From NCBI RefSeq assembly GCF_009914755.1, contig NC_060942.1: a DNA stretch of 64,000 nucleotides; one strand, given 5' to 3'. Shown here piece by piece: positions 54,492-64,000 of the stretch (positions are counted from its first letter, which is position 1; each line of letters starts with the position of its first letter). The translations under genes and the position numbers were made by a program. The notes beneath the pieces were generated by a model. That model saw only the letters and a program-made list of their open reading frames with translations. It was not told the DNA's origin and searched no databases. This DNA comes from the human T2T-CHM13v2.0 reference genome, Homo sapiens.

Positions 54492-56903
54492 GTTAGAAAA
54501 GTGAGGTGGGTGAGGTGGCCCTGAATCAGAAGCTTTCTAACTGGATGTGAAGGTCAGGGGAGGAGCCTGCTGCTTAAAGGATAGGTTATAAGCTTCAGAT
54601 GTACCAATTCAGCCCACTTCAGGAAAAAAAGGAGAGCCAATATTACAGGGAGGTTTTTCTGGTCTCATCCCATTAGGTCATAAGGGGTGAGGAGGAGAAA
54701 GGGAAAGAAACTAGTGATAAACTCACCTGAGGTTTTCAGGCCTAAAGGAGAGAATTACAGAGCCCATTGCTTTGATGTGAAAATTGTCACATTTATTTAC
54801 ACACACATTATCTTGTGACTCTATCAATCCAGGTAAAAATAGAACTTTTGAGGCTAGTTAAAACTTTAAATGATACTTTTAACAATTTAGTCCAAGAAAC
54901 ATTTATAATAACTATCATTTTTATTGGTTAAAATATATTGAAGACTTTGCAGTGTTCCTAATGAACCTTATTCTCATGAATCTTTACAAAGACCATATGA
55001 CATATGTAAGTCTATTCCCATTTTAGAGATGAGGAAACAGTTTCAATATGGTTTAGCACTTTGTCCAACAGACTCAGCAAATACATGGCAGAGGGAATCT
55101 ATATGCCATCTGACCTTTCTACTAAGTATTATGAAAAAAAGAGCTTCTTTCTTCAAGGAGATCGAGAGACTCCTCCATAGGCAATCACCCTTGCCTACAT
55201 AAGGGGAGGTGACAGCGGGTAGCCTTCCCTCACTCCCTGACTCATGGGGTGGCCCATATTCACAAGGGCTTATGTGTAACTAGGACCCCCAGGCTCAGTG
55301 GGCAGCTGCAGAATACTTGTTCCTTTGTGTTTTTTTTTTTTTTTCTAAAGGGATAGCCAGGGTAGTAGATGCTGTAGATGTGTAGCAAAATTCTAGGAAG
55401 GCAAGGATTTTATAGTTGGAATAAAAACAAATGCCTCTTCCCCAGTATAACTGCCAGGTACTTGCATGTGCTTTGCAAGGATCTTCAAAGAGAGGTTTTG
55501 TCAGGCTCCAGGCAGCCTACCTGGCCTGTCAAGTTCAAAACCTGATTCCCTCTGCTCAGTTGAGTTTACCTTTTAATCTGGTGAGAAGTTATCACTTTAA
55601 AAATGTCTTCATGGGCATGATAAATATTTTAAAACATTTAGAAAGGCAGGTGGACTTTAAAGCTTTCTGTTCTTCCTTGGGTGATTTTGCAAGCTCCTGT
55701 TGTATCTTCTCTTCCACAAACCCCAGGAAAAGCATGAGAATATTTGTATGGCATTCTGGGATATGCTGAGGGGATTTAGGAAATTCTTACAGGACTTGGC
55801 TAAAATGGTCGTTACCTTTTCTTTATATTATGTAAGAACAGTAAATACAAAAAATGAAAGAACATAGTAAGTATTAAATATTTACAAAATTTCAGATGAA
55901 TTTCTATTTATTTTATTATGAAAACTAGGATTTCTTCCATGAATATACCTTTTTAATGTGAAGGTTAGTGCTTGAAATGATTACATACAATTTCTGAAAA
56001 GAGTTTTTAATGATGTCTTCAAATGCTTCATTGTCTTTGTAGACAAAGAAGTTTTATTTCACAATGGTTTTACAAAAAACTTAAAACGTTTTTTGTGATT
56101 ATTTTACAATTTACAACAGTTGACATTACGTTGAAGGATCTAACAGCCCTTCCTTTTCTTTCATGGACTAAAATTTCCTGTGATAATGTGAAAAGATTCA
56201 AATCTAATTGGACTTTTTCTATCAAGTATTTAGAAATAATGATGGAGTTCTAATTTGTAGAATGTGCATGCATTGTTAGAGCTGTCACGCTGCAGATAGT
56301 TTGGATTCTATTAAAAGGGCACATTGGCTGCAAATTGATAGAAGTTTTGACATCTATGAAGGCAGGGAGTCAGGGTGCTGCCTGGCACTTAGCATACTAG
56401 GCACTTGTGCCTGGCCCCTCGTCTCCCCTCACGCCCCCACCACCACTCCCAACTGGCCACATCTTGGCCTGGATAGCACTCCTTGACCATTCACAACATG
56501 ACATTTTCTAGAAGTGTTGTTGGCTGTTTCCTCCATTTCCACAGCAAGGCTGTGCGTTGCAGCTGGCTTCTGAGGTGTAATGCCAAGTAGTACAGCACCT
56601 CCCTGTCTGCATCCAGCCTAACTGGGCACACAGCAACAATGACAGACATCACTCATCTTGTCAGTGGCCTGGAGGTATGTAGAACCTCAGACCCTGCTTC
56701 TCTCCAAAACGCTCCAAGGAGCCTGGAAGCGGCAGATTGGGGTTGCAACTGACCTGGCTTTGGCTACCCTAGACCCCATCTGGCTGCCCCAGGGCCAAAG
56801 GCATCAATATCTCCTGGAACCTGTTGCAGCATTCATGTTTTGGAAAGCTCTCATTTACAGGGACAAATTTCTTGTTTTCCCTGAATCCTTAGGAAATTGA
56901 AGG

Positions 56904-56963
56904 GTATATGTGTGTCTGTGTTTGTGTTTGTGTGTGTGTGTGCACGCGCGTGTGTGTGCATGC
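56904..56963. repeat. (TG)n/(CG)n alternating microsatellite
   Basis: tgtgtgtgtgtgtgcacgcgcgtgtgtgtgcatgc. Confidence 0.85.
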
Positions 56964-57029
56964 TAGTCCTGTTATTTTGCTTACCATCTTACTCAATATT
57001 CTTGCAAACAGCCTATCTGGCAATATAAG

Positions 57030-57250
57030 AGGCAGCAAAGTGTAATTCCTCAGAAGATAGATTCTGGAGCCAGGCTGGCAGGTTTCAATTTTAGCTCAGC
57101 CAGTTGCTGGCTTCCTGTCCTGTGTTCCTCTCCTAATCTATATAAAATAGAGCTAATAATAGTGCTGTTTTTCTAGAGCTGTTAATTAAATTAACTCATG
57201 CATGTTAATTTCTTGCAGTAATGCCTAGAATAGAGTAAGTGTCCAATAGT
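57030..57250 (+). mobile_element. MIR SINE
   Basis: 'attctggagccaggctggcaggtttcaat...cctctcctaatctatataaaatagagctaataatagt...aatgcctagaatagagtaagtgtccaata'. Confidence 0.7.
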
Positions 57251-58529
57251 AGTCGATGATATTATCATCGACTACTATTGTCGGTGATAATGTTATTGGT
57301 GTTGTTAAAAAGTTGACTGTTATTCCAGTAGAGAGTTCTTTGTTTTTACCAGACAATAGTCATTGCTTTGGGTTTCTAATATTTTCCATTAACATTGCAC
57401 TCTTTGTAACCAGAATGGATATTATCTATTCATTTTAACCACTTGCAACAAGACAACAAGCCAGGAGTAGGGGTAGGGTTTGAGGCATGGAATAGTATCA
57501 AGCTACTTACCTCAAGGAAGACTGAATCCTACATTCAGTGTCACTGAGTTGGCTAGAGTAACCTGTAAGCTAATGCAAAAACTCATCTTAAACAATGACA
57601 TAAGTTTTAAAAACTATATTATGCTCCTTGGTACCCAGAATAATCTTGATTTTTAACATTCTTTGAACCTTGGACTCAAAGACTAGCCACAATAATCAGG
57701 AGACCACTTAAAATTTTAGTCTTAACTGAAGACATAAGTTGGCTTCACAATTGAAATGGAAAGTCTACAGAGGGAACAGACTTATGTCTTTCGCCTGTTA
57801 CAGGTTTTGTCACAGAAAAGTGGATTAATATAGTAACACTTCATTGTAAATGGACATTAATGAATGCTTAATTACCACCAAATTCCTATGGAACTGCACA
57901 TAATGGCTACTTTCACATTCAAAGAGTTTTTCATGATTAATGTTATTGTAATGAATACCAAAGAAATTAATAACCATTTGTCACTTTAAGAAGTATTGCC
58001 GATTAATTTTATGCTATTTTTTATTCTCATTTGTTGTAGGAGTGAGGACCTAGAATTTTAATGTCTAATATGCGGTGTGAATTAAAGAAGCGGCCTTGCT
58101 ATGCTGACCTTTTCAATATTCTAATCTTTGCTTTGCTGACCTCTCAGGCCTCTTCCTGGCAACAGTTAGGCTTTTGAGAGGAGAGAGAGCTGAGACTGTT
58201 GGGTAAGTGAACAGAGTGAGGAAATCTTTTAAGACACACTTTCATAATTCACTGACTGTATTGGAAATTCAAATTTTCAGACTATTCATTATCTTGACAA
58301 ACATTGTAATGTGTGCAGAATATGGCACCACATAAATCCATTCTAGTGACAAAGAGTGTAGTGAGAATGGGAAATAGTAGAAACCCAAAAGCAATCACTT
58401 TACAATCTGGAAACTGGTTAGAGTTAAACTCCCATCAGGTTTCACAGCAGTTCTTTTTTGGCCCTCATAACAATTGCTTTTTACAGAAAGCACAACATGG
58501 TACCACCACAGCCAAGTACTCATAATGGG

Positions 58530-61500
58530 AGATTGTCTATTTGTGCTTTTTAGACTTTTTGATGCAGGCATTTCAGGCTATGAACTTTCCTCTTAGCACC
58601 ACCTTTGCTGTATCCCAGAAGTTTTGATAGATTGTGTCACTATTATTGTTCAGTTCAAATAATTTTTAAATTCCATGTTGATTTCATTGTGGGCCCAATA
58701 ATCATTCAGGAGCAGGTTATTTATTTTCCATGTATTTACATGGTTTTGAGTGATGCTTTTTGGAGTTGATTTCCAACTTTATTCTACTGTGATCAAGAAA
58801 GTACTTGATATAATTTAAATTTTTAAAAAATTTATTGAGACTTGTTTTGTGGCCTATCATATGGTCTATCTTGGAAAATGTTCCATGTGCTGATGAATAG
58901 AATGTATATTCTGCAGTTGTTGGGTACAATATTCTGTTAAGTCCATTTGTTCTAGGGTATACTTTAAATCCATTGTTTCTTTATTGACCTTCTGCCTTGA
59001 TGACCTATCTATTGCTGTCAGTGGAGAGTTGAAGTCCCCCACTGTTATTGTGTTGTTGTCCATCTTATTTCTTAGGTCTAGTAGTAGTTGTTTAATAAAT
59101 TTGGGAGCTCCAGTGTTAGGTGCATATATATTTAGGATTGTGATATTTTCCTGTTGGACAAGTCCTTTTATCATTACATGATGTTTTTCTTTGTCTTTTT
59201 TAACTATTGTTGCTTTAAAGTTTGTTTTGTCTTGTATAAGAAGAGCTATTCCTCCTCACTTTTGGTGTCCATTTGCATGTTATATCCTTTTTCACCCCTT
59301 TACCTTAAGTTTATGTGAGTCTTAATGTGCTAGGTGAGTCTCTTGAATATAGCAGACACTTGGTTGGTGAATTCTTATCCATTCTGCCATTCTGTATCTT
59401 TTAAGTGGAGCATTTAAGCCCTTTACATTCCTTGTTAATATTGGGATGTGAGAGACTATTCTATTCATTATGCTATTTGTTGCCTGAATACCTTGTTGTT
59501 GTTTTTAATTTATTGTGTTTTTGTTTCATAGGTCCTGTGACATCTATGCTTTCAGGAGGTTCTATTTTGGTGTATTTTGAGGATTTGTTTCAAGATTTAG
59601 AGCTCCGTTTAGGAGTTCTTGTAGTGCTAGCTTGGTAGTGTCAAATTCTCTCAGCATTTGTTTGTCTGAAAAAGACTGTATCTTCCCTTCATTTATGAAG
59701 TGTAGTTTCACAGGATACAAAATTCTTGGCTGATCATTGTTTTGTTTAAGGAGGCTGAAGATAGGGCCCCAGTCCCTTCTAGCTTGTAGGGTTTCTGCTG
59801 AGAAATCTGCTGTTAATCTGATAGGTTTTCCTTTATAGGTTACCTGGTGCTTTTGCTTCACAGCTCTTAAGATTCTTTCCTTCATCTTGACTTTATATAA
59901 CCTGATGACTATCTTCCTAAGCGATGATCCTTTTGCAATAAATTTCCCAGGTGTTCTTTGAGACTCTTGTATTTGGATGTTTACGTCCCTAGCAAGGTAA
60001 GGGATGTTCTTCTCGATTAGTCCTCAAATAAAGTTTTGTTTATTATACTAGTTTTGTGCTGATTGGCCTCCTGCCAGGAGGTGGCACTTACAAGTTTTCC
60101 AGACTTCTAGGTTTCTCTTCTTTCTCAGCAACACCAGTTATCCTTAGGTTTGGTCATTTAATAAAATCCCAAACTTCTTGGAGGCTTTGTACATTTTTTT
60201 GGATTCTTTTTGTCTGTATTGGATGGGGTTAGTTTGAAAACTTTGTCTTTGAGCTCTGAAGTTCTTTCTTCTGCTTGTATAATTTTATTGCTGGGACTTT
60301 CCAGTACATTTTGCATTTCTCTAAGTGTGTTCTTTATTTCTAGAAGTTGTGATTGTTTTTTCTTCATGCTATCTATGTCACTGAAGATTTTCCCTTCATA
60401 TCTTGTATCATTTTTTTGATATCATTAAGTTGTACGTCACCTTTCTCTGATGCCTCCTTGATTAGTTTAATAACCGACCTTCTGAATTCTTTTTCTGGCA
60501 ATTCAGGGATTTCTTCTTGGTTAGGATCCATTGTTGGTGAGCTAGTGTGATTTTTTAGGGGGTGTTAAGGAACTTTGTTCTGTTATATTATCAGAATTAT
60601 TTTTCTGATTCCTTCTCATTTGGGTAGACTATGTCAGAGGGAAGATCTGAAGCTCAAGGGCTGCAGTTCAGATTATTTTGTCACACAATGTGCTCCCTTG
60701 ATGTAGTGCTCTCCCTTTTTCCCTAGGGATGTGGCTTCCTGAGAGCCAAACGTCAGAGATTGTCATTTCTCTTCTGGACATAGCCACCAAGTGGAGCTAC
60801 TGGGCTCCAGACTAGTACTGGGAGGTATCTGCACAGAGTCCTGTGATGTGAACCACCTTCAGGTCTCTCAGGCATGGATAGCAGTACCTCCTCTGGTGGA
60901 GGTGGCAGGGGAGTGAAATGAACCCTGTGAGGATCCTTAGTTGTATTAATAGTTTTGTTTATTGCACTAGTCTTGTGCTGTTTGGCCTCCTGCCAGGAGA
61001 TGGCACTTATAAGACAGTATCAGCTGTGGTGGTATAAGGAGAATCAAGTGGTAGATGGGTCCCTAGAGCTCCCAAGAGAATATATCCTGTCTTCAGCAAC
61101 CAGGGTGGGTGAAAAAAGACCATCAGGTGGCCGGCAGGGTTAGGCATCACTGAACTCAGACCCTCTTTGGGTGGAACTTGCTGCAGCTGCTGTTGGAGAT
61201 GGTGGTGTCATTCCCAGGCCAATGGAGTTATGTTCTCAGGGGGATTACGGCTGCCTCTGCTCTGTCATGCAGGTCTCCAGGGAAGTGGGGGAAAGCTGGC
61301 AATTACAGGCCTCACCAGTTCCCACGCAGCCCCAGAGGCCAGTCTCACTTCCACCATGTGCCCCCTCAACAGCACCAAGTTTGTTTCCAGGCAGCAAGTG
61401 AGCAGGGCTGAGAACTTGCCCCAGGCTGCCAGCCTCCTGGCTGTGAAAGTAAGCAGGGCTTTTCAGGTTCAGCACCTCCCTACCTGCCATGGCTTCAGTG

Positions 61501-62065
61501 CTGTGTCTGCACTCCAGATTCACCTCTTTCCCTAAGTTCTGTATGGGAAACTTCACACGTGGTCAAAATTGTTACAAAGTTCAGCTGGAAGTTTTCTTCT
61601 CCCGGTAGTCTTTTCCATTTATCTGGCAGCCCTTCCCAGGGACCTCTGTGACAGAAAGTCAGAAATGGCTTCCCTAGGATCTGAGAAAGACCACACAGCT
61701 CATCCTGCTGCTGCTTCTATCCCTGTATTTCGCTCGGATATCCAAAATTGTCTCAGCTCCAGGAAAGATCAAATTCTTCTCCTGTGATTCGGACCTTCAG
61801 GTTCCTCAGTGAAGGGTGTGTGTTTGGGGTGGACGATCCCTCTTTCACACTTTTACACTTCAGGTGCTCACAGTTTTTGGACTGTCTCCCAGGGCCTTCA
61901 GAAGCAATCTGCTTCCTTCAAAGGGTCTGTGGATTTACTCGGCTTTCCTGGTATGTTCCTGTGATAGTTCTTGGAGAGAAAGTTCACAATGTGAGTCTCC
62001 ATATGCTGCTCTGTCCATCCAAGTGGGAGCTGCAATTTAGTCCTGCCTCCTATCTGCCATTTTCC
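58530..62065 (-). mobile_element. L1PB (L1PBa-type 5' end): 5'UTR, decayed ORF1 (~59560-60620) and ORF2 endonuclease start; 3' half missing
   Basis: Minus-strand 5' end 'aaaatggcagataggaggcaggactaaattgcagctcccac'. ORF1 fragment 'KERILRAVKQKHQVTYKGKPIRLTADFSAETLQARRDW'; endonuclease fragment 'ITILNIYAPNTGAP..TITVGDFNSPL'. Confidence 0.94.
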
Positions 62066-62073
62066 TAACCTCC

Positions 62074-63647
62074 TGTTGTGGCTAATTTATTCTTGATTCC
62101 ATTGCACAAGTCCTTGGATGTCTGAGGAGAGAGGCTAACTGACATATACTGGTAAAGGCATCTTCTCCACTTGGTTATTTGAACCTCTTTTGCAAATGAT
62201 GATTTATTGGGGGCATTAAATTCAACATCAAAATTCTCACACTTTGTATCCACTACCCTAAGTCTAACATTTGCCTCTTTCCAAGATATTCTTGTACTAG
62301 CTTTCCAATGTTGTAACCTAAAGGCCTCTGAGCAGGTAGGCAAGTCATCTGCCACCTCACATAGTACACGTATCATCTTCCCATTCTACCCAAAGTGTAC
62401 CTCACATAGTACACGGATCATTTCACATTCTACCCAAAGTGAATGGCAAGTTTCTTCACCCAAATCTCTGCCATTGAGAGGACTTCTAATCTTTTTCTTG
62501 CAAAACCACTCCTGAGTGGGGCTGTCATGAAGCAGCAGTCTATTTTTGGTTTCTACCTATATTTCAAGCTGATTCATCCATGAACCAAGGTTGAACGTCT
62601 TTCTTTTCCATTAAATGGTCATAGTGAATGTCTCATAAGACCATAGGTATGAGCCCCATGGATTTGCTCAAACCTAACTTCTGATATAGCATTTCCACTT
62701 TTTGATTTATTGTTACTGGACTTGCCCAATCTCATGATTTGATGCATCTAATAGTTTGGAGTATACAGTGGGCAGTTATGATCTTAGGGCCCCTTGATTT
62801 TTTTTTTTGTCTTAGGAAGTATCACTAGTCACATTTTTTTCTTCCCCAGAATACAATACTGTTTTGAAGAAATTACTATCTTCACTGAAGGGACAAATTT
62901 TAGATGCTTTCCATTTGACTTTTCCTACACATTAGCTTTTACTTTTCAGGTCAAGGAGACAATATGAGTTTTCTTAACTGCAATGTATGTCCCTTCTGGT
63001 TATATGGTTTTTAACTAAGAAACAACTACCAGGTGGGCTTATGGAGTTATCAAACCCATTGTGAGATAGCTCTGGGCCAATACTGCATTTATTACTGGAG
63101 ACCTATACTCTAACAGGGTACCATAAGGACTTCTGTGGATAGCTGGTTCTCGGCATTAACTTCATATCCTATATACAACTGTCTTGGAAATAATCTAGTT
63201 ATTCATCTTTCTCCAGGGCATGTTTATCGAAGTAAAGAGCAATAAATCCCATTTCAAAAAGTCTGTGAAGAACACTATTGTGCCTACTTTCTGTGGTGTT
63301 ACAGAATCCTTCTTTATCAAGACCTGGCCTCTTCTTCAGTTGGTGGATTCTGAGTCTGAGAATTGACTTAGGTCTGGAAACTGGCCAAATCCATTAAGTG
63401 GATAATCTCAGCTCTGTTCATCCATTGTTTATCTTTTCTCATCATGATTTGTTGAGCAATGGTTTTAATGGTTGTCCATCTTGTTCCTAGGCATACTATA
63501 TTTTCTTATCATTTTCAGTGAATAGCTCTGCCCTAGCTGCTATTCCAACCTTGCTGCCTATTATGGTAATTTTTACCACTTGGCTTATGATTATTAAGTG
63601 CTGCCAGCCACCTGGCCTCTACTATTCCCAGCTCTATCATTCCCATG
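62074..63647 (-). mobile_element. Highly decayed ERVL-class internal sequence (gag end, protease, RNase H, integrase start)
   Basis: Minus strand resembles HERV-L as I recall it: 'tttccagacctaagtcaattctcagactcaga' (gag/pro junction), 'ccttggttcatggatgaatcagc' (WFTDGSA-like RNase H), 'tcctctcaatggcagag' (SSQWAE). ORF 62065-62376 'EVADDLPTCSEAFRLQHWK' resembles AVANGLAGWSGTWKKHDWK. Confidence 0.7.
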
Positions 63648-63762
63648 AACATAAGTTCAAGATATTTTCTAATTCTCCTTGTGATTTATTTCTTTGACTC
63701 CTGGGATCCCACTTTGGTAAAAACATCTACTAGCTGCTGATTTTTTTTAAGACTGTGTTTTT

Positions 63763-64000
63763 GGCCAGGCATGGTGGCTCATGCCTGTAATCCCAGCACT
63801 TTGATAGGCTGAGATGGGAGATCACTTGAGCCCAGGAGTTGAAGACCAGCCTGGGCAGCAAAGTGAGACCCTGTCTCTACAAAAAATCAAAAAGTTATCT
63901 GGGGATGGTGGTGTGCACCTGTAGTCTCAGCTACAGGGGAGGCTGAGGCAGAGGATCACTTGAACCCAGGAGGCTGAGGCCATACTGAGCTGTGTTTGCA
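63763..64000 (+). mobile_element. AluJ, running off the window end
   Basis: 'ggccaggcatggtggctcatgcctgtaatcccagcac' with J-type 'cacttgagcccaggagtt' and 'gaggatcacttga'. Confidence 0.93.

Noticed and set aside
61167-62068. Several overlapping 70-120 aa ORFs antisense to the L1PB 5'UTR (ORF0-like?)
   Set aside because: Higher GC lowers stop density, most starts are non-ATG, and ORF0 is described for younger L1PA families; no similarity seen.

Overview
This is AT-rich, CpG-depleted primate genomic DNA, most likely hominoid or human given the AluJ/AluS, THE1C/D, MLT2A, HSMAR2 and L1PA3/4-type copies. It looks intergenic or deep-intronic. I can support no host protein-coding gene, RNA gene, CpG island or CRISPR array. 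The only ORFs with recognisable homology are decayed transposon proteins: Hsmar2 transposase, THE1 internal ORF, L1 ORF1/ORF2 pieces and ERVL pol. Transposable-element relics dominate, and several retain readable target-site duplications. Subfamily names come from my recollection of consensus sequences and need RepeatMasker/Dfam confirmation. The most unusual directly visible signals are: a ~65-85 bp diverged direct repeat bracketing an old L1 (a possible very long TSD); a 63-bp copy of an L1PB's own 5'UTR inserted into its ORF1; a scrambled, multiply duplicated and inverted 3' end in a full-length THE1C; and two long perfect palindromes. More speculative are candidate non-coding exons (possibly an LTR-initiated lncRNA), a minus-strand 15-nt micro-exon and several repeat-free enhancer-like blocks. 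I cannot demonstrate a new biological system from sequence alone.
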